This document shows, one piece after another, positions 52,307 through 62,900 of a stretch of 64,000 nucleotides of DNA; position 1 is the stretch's first letter; the number at the start of each line of letters is the position of its first letter. The notes under the pieces are model-generated. The model ran no database searches. It was not told the origin of the DNA and was given only the letters and a program-made list of their open reading frames with translations. Position numbers and translations under genes: made by a program. This DNA is from a bacterium (lineage in GTDB: Bacteria; Patescibacteriota; Dojkabacteria; SC72). The stretch lies in assembly GCA_021463465.1 (NCBI GenBank), contig JAJTYH010000003.1, forward strand, positions 3,043 through 67,042, read 5' to 3'.

Positions 52307-52813
52307 ATGAAATATATAACCAAAGAACAATTTGAAACCATTAAGAATATTCCAAGGGCACGATTAACAGCACGATTTTTTGTATACACCGGAATAATAA
52401 TTCAAGCAGGAAACAAAATTTTACTCTGTAAACCGAAAAAATCTAAATACCTTGGTTGGCAATTACCTGGAGGAAAGGTTCTGTGGAGCGAAAAATTCAC
52501 AAAATGCATCCAAAGAGAAGTACTTGAAGAAACAGGAATGGAAGTGACATTAAAAGGGATAGTAGGTGTATATCAAAGAAAAACAACACCTGAAGATGAA
52601 GAATTTATTAGAATAATTTATTGCGCCAATACTTTTAAAAAGTTACATCGTAAGCCAATTGATCCCGAAATTGAGAAAGTCCGCTGGTTTGATATTCAGG
52701 AAGTTTTAGAAGGAAAAGTTGAAATTCAATCACTCCAAATCATTAAAGAAATAAAATACTACCTGAGAAACAAGGTTTATCCTTTAAATTTTATTAAGGC
52801 TTATAAATGGTAA
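52307..52813 (+). CDS. NUDIX hydrolase
   Basis: WQLPGGKVLWSE...REVLEETGM. Confidence 0.9.
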   Translation: MKYITKEQFETIKNIPRARLTARFFVYTGIIIQAGNKILLCKPKKSKYLGWQLPGGKVLWSEKFTKCIQREVLEETGMEVTLKGIVGVYQRKTTPEDEEFIRIIYCANTFKKLHRKPIDPEIEKVRWFDIQEVLEGKVEIQSLQIIKEIKYYLRNKVYPLNFIKAYKW

Positions 52814-52845
52814 GAGTTTCGCACATGCTTATAAAAATCTTAATC

Positions 52846-52900
52846 TCCAGACTCGTATGTCCCTCCATATTTTTATGGTAGCAGCAAGACTCAACCCTCC
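52846..52900 (+). repeat. Decayed att-like repeat R4 (R2 type)
   Basis: TCCAGACTCGTATGTCCCTCCATATTTTTATGGTAGCAGCAAGACTCA aligns without gaps to R2. Confidence 0.8.
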
Positions 52901-52948
52901 GCACAAAGATTCATTAAAAAATTAAGTTAAGGCTCTATAACGTTAAGC

Positions 52949-53033
52949 TTCAGACACATATACCCTTCGATGCTCTCACTGTAGTGACAAGGAGCATTAT
53001 CTTTCTTTCAAAACCTTTTGCCAATTTAAGTTA
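52949..53033 (+). repeat. Decayed att-like repeat R5 (R2 type)
   Basis: TTCAGACACATAT...TCACTGTAGTGACAAG...TTCTTTCAAAACCTT...TTTAAGTT aligns to R2. Confidence 0.7.
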
Positions 53034-53189
53034 GCTTTCTCCTAGAATCACTCACTAAAAAGCAGAACCTTGATAAACGAAAATATTAGAAATCGTTTCT
53101 ACTTGTTTCAGGTGGATTGCCACAACTTGATTCGTATGAATAGACTACAAATCCAGTTTATGCCAATTCATTTTCAAACAATCTACTAG

Positions 53190-53744
53190 CTACTTCTTAA
53201 AAATATCCTCAAAAAGTTTTTCAAAGTCGGAGTATCCGGCATCAGTTGTAAAATGTCCTGCATCTTTAACAAACACATACCTCGCTTTAAAAGTCTTTGC
53301 AATTTTTTCACCGTGACTGACCGGAATATAACTATCATTACTGGATTGGTACACAACAAACTTCTTACACTGTCCTTTTATTTTTTTAAAATCAAAAGGT
53401 TTTGCAAAGAAAGTATCTAACAAGCCATTTTCCTTTGGATACCAGAGATAATCAATAAAACCGCCAACCATATAAAGAGTATCAATTTGATAATCAAAAT
53501 CAGTTAGAAGATTTAAAACAAACGATACACCTCTGGAGTGAGCAATAAAAACAGTTTCCTCATTTATTTTATCTTTGTATTTATCTAATTCCTTGTACCA
53601 CCGACTTAATTGATGACCGTCTTCACAAGGAAAATCAGGGACAACACATTGATAACCCTGCTTCTCTATCTTGCTTTTCATCCAAGGAAACCAGTGTACT
53701 TTAGATGAATCATCAGAGCCATGGATTATAAAAAAGTTTTTCAT
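53190..53744 (-). CDS. RBBP9/YdeN-family alpha/beta hydrolase
   Basis: IIHG, HWFPW, AHSRG, SSNDSYIP, AGHF. Confidence 0.9.
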   Translation of the reverse strand: MKNFFIIHGSDDSSKVHWFPWMKSKIEKQGYQCVVPDFPCEDGHQLSRWYKELDKYKDKINEETVFIAHSRGVSFVLNLLTDFDYQIDTLYMVGGFIDYLWYPKENGLLDTFFAKPFDFKKIKGQCKKFVVYQSSNDSYIPVSHGEKIAKTFKARYVFVKDAGHFTTDAGYSDFEKLFEDIFKK

Positions 53745-53767
53745 ATAGTTTTTAAATCGATTATACT

Positions 53768-54685
53768 CTAGTTCATTGATAATCTTTCAAGCCTAGCAAT
53801 CATTTTAGTAAATGTATCCAAATCATCAGATCTTTTAAGTCTTTCAAATGTAAGAAGAGAGTAATACGATTCTTCAACTAAAAATAAAATCTCACTCAGA
53901 ATCCTATATTTACAGTACTTTTCTAACAACGAAAGCCTCTCCCAGGCCTCTAAAAATCTTTCGAAGGTTTTCCTTGATAGAAACAGCTCAGACTCAAAAA
54001 TATCATAGAAGGGTAACGTTGAGTGAACATCATCAAAATCAATAATCCCTGCGTATAAATTATTATCCATATACACATGCCCAGGTATATCTGCATGTAC
54101 TAATCGACCAACTTCTAACTCAACTGAACTATCAATAAGTCCTTTATACTTGTTCTTTAACTTGTCAAAAATAGTAGTTTCGCCAATTTGATAGGACAAG
54201 AGCCCAACAAATGTTTCAAACTTTGAAAGAAAATAATCTTTATAATAACGATACTGACCATATAAGCTCTTACCCTCAACTCTTATATTCCCAAACCCGC
54301 TGACATCTACCCCATTTATAATGGAGAGCTGTTCTGCAATTACCTCTAATTGTTTGTTCCATTGAGATGGCGTACCTGAATCACCTTGTAGTTTATCGAT
54401 AATAAGCACGTGTTTACCGTCAAAAGCACTAAACCTATCTACAAAAGTTATTTCAGGTGTACTAACACCCTTTGCTCTTAGCTGATCAGTGATAAACTTC
54501 TGAACCAGATAATCAGAACTGTTATCATGACTAATCTTTAGATAATGGGAAGTACCGTCAATAAAGCGTAAAATAAACACATTCGAAGATACACCTTTAT
54601 TTAATACTGGGTCGATACTCTCAAGTTTGAAGCCCTTTTGGAACAGGTACCGTTTTACTTCTTCAATATCAATTTTATCAATCAC
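53768..54685 (-). CDS. Aminoglycoside-phosphotransferase/choline-kinase family protein
   Basis: YLKI, LVHADI, GIIDFDD. Confidence 0.8.
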   Translation of the reverse strand: MIDKIDIEEVKRYLFQKGFKLESIDPVLNKGVSSNVFILRFIDGTSHYLKISHDNSSDYLVQKFITDQLRAKGVSTPEITFVDRFSAFDGKHVLIIDKLQGDSGTPSQWNKQLEVIAEQLSIINGVDVSGFGNIRVEGKSLYGQYRYYKDYFLSKFETFVGLLSYQIGETTIFDKLKNKYKGLIDSSVELEVGRLVHADIPGHVYMDNNLYAGIIDFDDVHSTLPFYDIFESELFLSRKTFERFLEAWERLSLLEKYCKYRILSEILFLVEESYYSLLTFERLKRSDDLDTFTKMIARLERLSMN

Positions 54686-54849
54686 TATTATATACAGCTC
54701 TTAACTTTAAGATTTAATTATAGTTTAATAATACCTAAATATCACTTCCCAAAGAATTACAGTCTCTGGAAACAAAAGGAAAACTAGATGACATGACACA
54801 GGCATATCCAATATAGAAAGCATAATTACAACTGATAAGTAAAACTTTA

Positions 54850-55300
54850 AAAATAAGTGCTGTTATTTTTGATAGAGTTGGGGTAACTATCAATAGCGAG
54901 TACACGGTAATTAAATCCGTTACGTCTATTTTTCAAAAGCTAGGATTTAATATAATGAAAAATGATTAAAGTATCTCGTAGGGATAAGTTAAAACACTAA
55001 TAAGAACTACTTTCTAAACAAATCGGGCTTCAACCTTGAAGAATACTAAATACTCTCTTCTACTGGTTATTAGGATCAAGTCCATTATTCAATGAAATCA
55101 TAATGGGAATCAATAACCCCTGCTGGATACAATACAACCTCAACAGTGATTAGATGCTAAATCTTCTAAATAAATTCAACGTGATTGAGGCAAAAGAAGA
55201 TCTTACGAGATCAAAACCTAGCCCTGAACCATATCTAATAACTGTAAAAAGTTAGACTTCCAACTATGCCATGTATTGCGATTGATGATACGGCTGATTC
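54850..55300 (+). pseudogene. Decayed HAD-family phosphatase
   Basis: Fragments KISAVIFDRVGVTINSE, FNVIEAKEDLTRSKPSPEPYL and CIAIDDT separated by stops and frameshifts. Confidence 0.7.
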
Positions 55301-55345
55301 TTGCAAACCCTTCAATTTAACGAGTTTTTAGATTTCAACATATAC

Positions 55346-55375
55346 AAAAAACGCCCGGTAAAAACCGAGCGTTTC
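55346..55375 (-). terminator. Intrinsic terminator of the RRM gene
   Basis: AAACGCTCGGT-TTTT-ACCGGGCGTTT followed by T. Confidence 0.7.
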
Positions 55376-55396
55376 AAGTTCAAGAGTCGAAGTGAA

Positions 55397-55723
55397 TTAG
55401 AAACGTCTGTCGTTTCTGTATCCACCGTTATCTCTTCGACCACCGAAATCTCTTCGGCCGCCACCAGAGAAACTTCTTCGAGGTCTCTCTTCTCTTGGCT
55501 GAGCAAAGTCAACCTTAAGAGTTCGACCATCCAACTCCATGCCATTCATGGCATCGAGAGCTGCTTGAGCCTGCTCTGCTGTCTCGAAGGTAAGGAATCC
55601 GAATCCCTTTCCAACGGGCTTGTATGAGTCAACAACCTTACCATGAGCAGAAGCAACCTCTACCAATGTCTCAATTGTTGTATCGTAGGATAGATTTCCT
55701 ACAAACAATTTTACTTTATCCAT
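55397..55723 (-). CDS. RRM RNA-binding protein with Arg/Gly-rich tail
   Basis: RNP2 LFVGNL, RNP1 KGFGFLTF. Confidence 0.92.
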   Translation of the reverse strand: MDKVKLFVGNLSYDTTIETLVEVASAHGKVVDSYKPVGKGFGFLTFETAEQAQAALDAMNGMELDGRTLKVDFAQPREERPRRSFSGGGRRDFGGRRDNGGYRNDRRF

Positions 55724-55833
55724 TAAAGATAAAAAATAAATTATATACCTTACAATACCAACTAATTGAAACACTAGTTACGATCTGTAAGCAGTGCATT
55801 ATACCATGAAAGTAGTATAATGAAACTATTAGA

Positions 55834-56538
55834 TTGTTTTTACCTAAAATGAAAAGCCGGCATTTACAGTTTCTTCTGCTCGGACTATCTGCAGTGACCT
55901 CGGTGATTATGTATTTCAACTTACCGAATCGAATCCCTTCTCACTGGAATTACCTTGGACAAGTTGATGGATTTAGTTCGAAATTAGCTGTATTAGCAGC
56001 ATTTCCCCTCTTAACCCTGTTCATCTACTCACTTTTAATGCTGATTCCTAAATTTGACCCTCTCAATAAAAATATCAAAGAGTTCTCTGTTGAGTTTGAG
56101 AAATTTATAACCGTGATGATGCTCTTCTTTTTAGTAATACAGTACCAGGTTATTCTGTGGGCGGTAGGGATTAAGCTTTCACCTAATACTCTATTCCCTC
56201 TGATTATCTCAATTCTCTTCTACTCTATCGGTGGGCTTTTATCAAAATCAAAACCCAATTGGAGCATTGGTATAAGGACACCCTGGACATTAAGCAGCGA
56301 AAAGGTATGGGAAAAAACACATTCACTTGGCGCCAAGCTCTTTAAACTATCACCTTTAGTTTTGCTACCCACCCTACTCTTTCCTCGTGCCGCCTTCTTT
56401 GTATTAATCGCTTATATACTTCTTATTACAGCGACATTAATAGCTTACTCGTACCTACAATACCAGCAAACTACAAAAGCTAAAGTTATAGAGATGAAAA
56501 CACGGCCTAAAAAACGGAAAAGAGTTAAGCGAAGCTAA
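55834..56538 (+). CDS. SdpI/DUF1648 family membrane protein
   Basis: LPNRIPSHW..GQVDG, PNWSIGIRTPWTLSSEKVWEKTH. Confidence 0.9.
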   Translation: MFLPKMKSRHLQFLLLGLSAVTSVIMYFNLPNRIPSHWNYLGQVDGFSSKLAVLAAFPLLTLFIYSLLMLIPKFDPLNKNIKEFSVEFEKFITVMMLFFLVIQYQVILWAVGIKLSPNTLFPLIISILFYSIGGLLSKSKPNWSIGIRTPWTLSSEKVWEKTHSLGAKLFKLSPLVLLPTLLFPRAAFFVLIAYILLITATLIAYSYLQYQQTTKAKVIEMKTRPKKRKRVKRS

Positions 56539-56690
56539 AGCCACTTACCATCTTCAAATACTTTCTTACCATCAACGTAAATCTGGCTACCTTTCTTTCT
56601 CATATCTTTAACCTTATCCCCCTTCTTTACTTTAAGTGAGTGATCTACAAAAACTTTAGCAAGTTTAACATTACGCGGATCAGTAAACAT
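56535..56690 (-). pseudogene. Internally deleted M29 (AmpS/AmpT) aminopeptidase remnant, 51 aa
   Basis: MFTDPRNVKLAKVFVDHSLKVKKGDKV joined in frame to KDMRKKGSQIYVDGKKVFEDGKWL. Confidence 0.75.
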
Positions 56691-56766
56691 AGTGCGATTC
56701 ACTTAAGTTATTACTCCATTCTACACCTAAATTTTCAAAAGAGTTATAGGGTGCTATAATCTCAAC

Positions 56767-56893
56767 GTTTGAAGCCGCAGGGTTTCATTCTCCTCCCAGG
56801 CGGGAGCCCTTGTTGGGCGACATGGGTTCCCGACCTGGAGTGGTGTGAGTAATGGCTTCTAAGCCAACGACTTATGTCGTCACTCACACCACT
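56767..56893 (+). ncRNA. Putative structured ncRNA
   Basis: TGcTATAAT at 56752-56760, GC-rich, extensive nested helices. Confidence 0.55.
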
Positions 56894-56905
56894 TACCAAA
56901 TGAAA

Positions 56906-59900
56906 TTATTTCTTTTTTACGATAATCCCCCGATCCACTACTATTTCTTTAGCTTTACGCTTCTTGGTGATTATACTGCTACCACCTTCGTATCTAACTG
57001 CCTTGTATCTTTCATCCATGACTCCAAGTTGATAAGTATCATTTGGCATTACAAATTGATACTGACCCTCTTTGTCTGTAACCCTTTTACCGACATATCT
57101 ATCAAACTTCATCTCTTTCAGAGTTACTGTGACACCCTCTACTGGACTGCCACTCTTTTCAACTACCATTCCAAACGACTGTTTTTTAATAGTTATGTTC
57201 TTAATTAACAACATTGAAGCAGGTAGATACAACAATACAGCGGTGAGATTAAGTGGGCTTGGGAATTTAAAGTAGGTATAGGCACCTAGGGCTAAACCAC
57301 CAAAAAATAGCGTTATATGGAAGATCTTTACGAGGATTGACGCAGAGCTCAAAAACTGTGCAAACACTTTTGAAATAGGAGAGAGAGCCTTTGGATCCAT
57401 CGGTACTACAATATTAAACATACTTTTACGCATAAAATTCACCAACTCTCCGTGGTAAACAGGCTCAAGAGGATAATCCACATGACCAGGCACAATCTTT
57501 GATGGATAAGTGTAGCCTGGTTTAACGACTAAGACCTTATACTTTCCTGGAGGGAGGCTGGCCCCAAATGTTCCAAATGCACTAGTTACATCTGTCCAAA
57601 CTAATCGCTCGCTTGTATTATAAATCCTCACTACAGCACGATTAATTGGCTTTTTGCTCACTGCATCATAAACCAAACCGTAAGGTCTACTTTTTTTAAT
57701 AAAACCGAAGAAGGAAAGTATGCTTACAAGTAATTGAATAAGGAAGTATGGAATATTTGTAAAGCCACCAGCAAATACTGCTATTCCAACAGAAACAGTT
57801 GTAGCAGTAGCGGCTGAAGCAACTACACTTAACTGAGGTTCTGACAGTTTTCCAACAGGTGTAGCATCAATAATTTTCGAAACTTTCTTCGCAGCAACAA
57901 TGGTAGCCTTAGGCGCCTTAACCAATACCGCATCTGCAACCTTTTTAACAGTTGGATTATTGATGCCTTTTACTAGCGACTCTGTAGGAATAACAATATC
58001 TTCCTCAGTCAGTTCTTCCTCAGTTGGAGTAACCTGATTTCCCTCTGTAGGCTCACTAACAGGTGACTCAACTTCAACAATCTCACCCATACCACCAGTT
58101 CCACTCAAGCCAGAAGCTACCCAGTAATCGATATTGCCAATTTTTTCTTTATGAACAACAACATCTTCACCTTCAATCTTTTTTGTCTGTGGGAACACAC
58201 CTTCAAAAATCACTCCTCCCTCACAATTACTATTAACGTCCGCAAGTGTAAGACTCCCTGGACACAGCCTGAATCTAGTTGTTTCACCAGCGGGTGTATA
58301 AAGCGTGAAGTTACCCGATAAACCCTGTTGCTGTGTAATCTTAAATACTGCCTTATTCTCCAACTTACTTGAATCCGCCCTTACGCTGCTCCAGTCTTTA
58401 TCCGAATCAAATAAGACTGGTAGATCAGCAATCAATAAATCTCCTTTAGTGACTTTCAATTCTTTTTCACCCCTTTGTGCGCCTTCAAACTGAGCTACAT
58501 TCACCTCAGGCAAATCTTTCAATACAACTGTAACACCAGCAGGAGCGCTGAATACCACCGCGTTGGTTTTTACAATAATCTTTGTACCATAAATAGTTTC
58601 TACGTTATTTCCGTTTCGTGCCTTTACCTTGAATTCAAAATCAGATGCAGAAGGCAAACCTTTTATTAAAAAACCATTATTGCCGCCAAACTCTTCATAA
58701 GTACCCCATGAAGCAGTGCTTTTAAGCGTTCCGTCTTCTTTCGAAACAAACTTCCCACTTGCAACCTCAAAAATAGCATATAAAACAAGGCTGTCGTTGC
58801 CTGGGTTTACAAGGCGAATTCGACCCCCTGTTGTTGATTGAGTGTTAAATGTAGGCTCTCCTGGTACCAAAGCATTAGTATGCGCCGTTGCCGCATCAGA
58901 ATATTCAGTTTCAACATTCTGTTGGTTTCTTGATTTCACCAAGAAAGTGTAAAATTTGCCAGGTACAAGCTGGGTCACAGTTACACCACTACTCCCACCC
59001 CACTGTGCATATGTTCCCCAAACAGGTGAATCTACCTGCGCACCAGAAAGGTTAACAAATTTATCCAATCCATCAATTTTAATACTAAAGCTACTTGTAC
59101 TAGACGAATACTGATTATCTAACTTCAATTTTATTGAGTTTGTTGAAAGGTTAGACAAACCTAATGGAACAGGGCGCGGCGCAAGGGTTGTAACTTGAAC
59201 ACCTTCAGTTTCAAACGACACAACTTCATCGCCATTTCGAACATAAACTTTGAAAGTGTAAGTTGCATTTGGAGTCAAACCCGTTACAACAACACCATTA
59301 CTCGACCCGAATTCAGAGTATGTACCCCAAATAGCGCTATCACTTAAGTTACCACCAGACTTAGGAACGTATTTAAGCGAATTTTCTCTAATACTAAACT
59401 GGGTTGCTGGAGGATTACCACCATTACTCACCTTTATCCTTACTGAGGTATCAGATACAGCTTCAAGAATTGGAAGGTCAAGAGGTGCTGCATGGGTGTA
59501 CTTTTGACCAGTTAGCGATACATCTGTTTCTACATTATCACTATTTTTTGCCTTAACTGCGAATGTATATTGAGCATTAGCAAACAAACCTACCACATTT
59601 ACCCCTGTTGTTTGACCAAAGTCACTATATGAGCTCCAGGTAGGGGTAGTTCCTAAACTTCCATTGCCTGGATTCACATACAAGCCAGAAACTGTTTCAA
59701 GTAAGGCATAACTTGTTGTTGTATTATTACTTCCAGTATTAATCTTAACGTTAATTGAGGTATTGGAGACCGCACTCACATTAGGGGCATCTGGAATGTT
59801 AGCAAATGTCGTTATAGTAGCTGTGCTAGTGAAATCGCCATTACCATTAGAATCGTAAGCAGCTACTTTACGCGTGTATGAGGTGTTAGCAGTCAGACCG

Positions 59901-62900
59901 AATTCATCACAGTATGTGATATTGCTACTTGCGCACTGTGCAACCTGTACTCCGCTCTCGTCAAAAACCCTAAAGCCTACCTCGTTGGTTAAATCCTCAG
60001 TAAATTTCCATCTGATACTTGTACTGCTTAGCACCTCTGGGGTACCCATAGTTGGAGCGCCAAGTGCCTCGTATTCGCCTGAAGCATTGCTATATGAAGT
60101 TTCTTCACCGTCGTTATTTCTAGCTTTAACCCTAAATGCATAACCAACACCAGGTTCTAAGCCAGAAGCTATAAACCCACTATCTCCACCGTAATCAGCA
60201 AACTGATCCCAAGCTTCATTCTGTACAAAGTTGCCAGATGAATTAACATAATCCCCACTATTAACTTCTTGTACAGCATATGTAACAGAAGCAGGGTTAC
60301 CGTTACTATCAAGTGTTACCCTAGCCGTTGCAGAGCTAATCCTCTGAACATCTGGAACGCCTGGGGTATTTGCAAATGTATATTTCGTAGCCGAACTTCC
60401 AAATACAGTGACCACCTGATCTCCATTTCTTGCCATAACTTGGAAGGTATAGCCATTATTAGGGGATAATCCTGATACACCTAAACCGTTAGACCCTCCC
60501 CACTGAGCATATGTAGCCCAATCTGCGCTGCCCTGTGCCACTCCCGTTTGATGGTTTATATAATTACTACCACCTACCTGAACTGAAAACTCTGTATTAG
60601 AAGGGTTATTGTTAACATCCAAAACAAGCTTTAAAACAGTAGTAGATAGTGCGCTTAAAGTCGGGGCATTTGGTGTTTTAGATCGTGTATAAATAGAAGA
60701 TCCTGTTGATAATGCCCCCTCTATATTATTTATGTTCCTAGCTTTTACCTTATATGTGTACTGAGTATTACTACTTAACCCTATCGAGTCTACCCCGCTA
60801 GTACCGCCCCACTGTGCGTAGGTCCCCCACTGTACCTCCGAAACCAACTGGCCATTAGCTGGATTAAGATATTGATCAGTTACATCCTCAAATACCGCAA
60901 ACTCAGTATTAGAAGGATTTGTTTGAGGGTTAATTTTCACATTAATAACTGTTGATGAAAGCGAGGAAACGGAAGGTGCTACACTATCAGCAGCTAAAGT
61001 AACAAATTGACCTTGTGAGGATTGCGAAGTTTCAACATTAGATTCATTTCTTGCTATAACTGTGGCGAAATACGACGTATTAGGAGTTAAACTTGTAATA
61101 GTAATACCCTCCCACTCTGCTTCGGTTTTCCATGTCGCAGGTGAAGTTACAAGACTTCCGTTCCCATCAACGTAATAAGTATCATCAATTAGTATTTTGA
61201 ACTTAGTATAAGTAGGATTGCCACCTGGATTAATCCCAATTGTTGCCGTAGTTTGGCCAGCAGTAATTGAAGGGGCATCAGGTGTAACCGACAGCGTATA
61301 TAAAGTAGAACTTGAGCTTTTAGAACTCTCAGTTCCTCCATTGTATGCACTTAGTTTTCGAGTGTACGAAGTATTTACATTCAAACTGTTTTCAACACAC
61401 TCGTAAGTATCTCCACTAACTAAATTAGCAGTACAATTAGCAATAAAAGAATCCCCTCCATCATAAAGTTTAAAACCCGTTTCATTAAGACCATTGTTAT
61501 TAAACCTCCAGGAGATGGTATCTCCATCTACAGCTACAGGGGTTAAAATATTAGGGGTTAAAAGATTAGTATAAGTTGAGATACTGCTGCTGTACGCTGT
61601 TTCAGTATTTTCAGAATTCCTAGCTTTTACCTTAAAAGTATACTGTAATCCCTCATCAAGATTATTTACCTGAAAGTTAGTGCCCCAGGAACTTGCTGTA
61701 TACCAGAACGGCGCAACTTGGAGTTGATTCGTTGTACCGTTAACGTATTTGCTACTAGACTCCTCAAAAAATGCATATTCTGTTGAGGTTGGATTACTAT
61801 TTAAATCTGAATTTAAGGCAATCTTTACATAGTTGCTACTAACTTCGGCAAAGGAAGGTACCAATGGAGTATTCGCGGCTGAATATTTATTTGAGGTTGA
61901 AGAATACGCTGTCTCAATACCGTCACCATTTCTTGTTTTTACTCTGAACGTATATTGAGTATTAGGAATTAAACCTGAAATTATTTCAGCGCCATCACTG
62001 TCCCATGATCCACTCTCATTGCAACCGGCAGTAGTACAATCAAACATTACAGCAGACTGACCTTGTCCAAGATTACTTGTACCACTTGTGAGAACTTCAA
62101 TAGATGTAGGTCCTACAGATCCATAAGAGATTGAAGGTACTGATGCTAAAGTATAAATGGTCACATTAGACGAGTATGCTGTCTCTACACCATCACCATT
62201 CCTACCTTTTACTCTAAATGTATATTGCGTATTGTCGGACAAAGATGTGGCAGTCGCATTCATTGACGTTTGCCATGCATTTAACCCTGTGTCACAACTG
62301 GTTCCTGTACAATCAAAATATATACCTGAGCTTCCTTCAGTTTCGTTTGATACCCCACTGGCTGTAAGCGGAATTTCAGATGTCGTTATTGTACCTAATG
62401 CAATCGAAGGGGTCTGGATAAGTGTATACCTACTTATACTTGATGAGTACGTTTGGCTATCGCCATTTTCATTGTATGCTTTTAACTGCCTCTGATACGA
62501 GACATTAGGAGAAAGTCCCGTTTCATCACAGTATGCAATATCAGCGCCGACACAAGTAGCTTTCAGATTGCCTAACATATCAAACACTTTTACTCCATCC
62601 TCATTATCTGCATTATCAGTAAACGTCCACCTGATTGAAGTTGTAGAAAGGGCCGAAGGTGCTGTTGCAGTAGGGGTATCAGGGACATTTAGTTCTTCTG
62701 ATCCAACTGTAAAAGATACAGAGTCCCCTGAATTATCTTTTCGTTGTGCGTATATAACCTGCAAGTAAGGGGGTAAGCTTGATTGAGAGTCAGTTATTGC
62801 GCTACAGCTATGTGTATGCGATGCAGAGGCTGTTGTTGTGACTGTTCCGTAGCTTGTAACCTTATTACTACCTGAATCAACAGATGTTGATAGATTTAAA

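Noticed and set aside
49516-53033. Repeats as a CRISPR array or integron attC sites
   Set aside because: Spacing is 0.1-2 kb and irregular, no cas or intI gene, and no attC-type R-box inverted structure seen
53060-53185. Possible GNAT relic (MNWHKLDL*SIHTNQVVAIHL, - strand)
   Set aside because: Similarity too weak to call without a search
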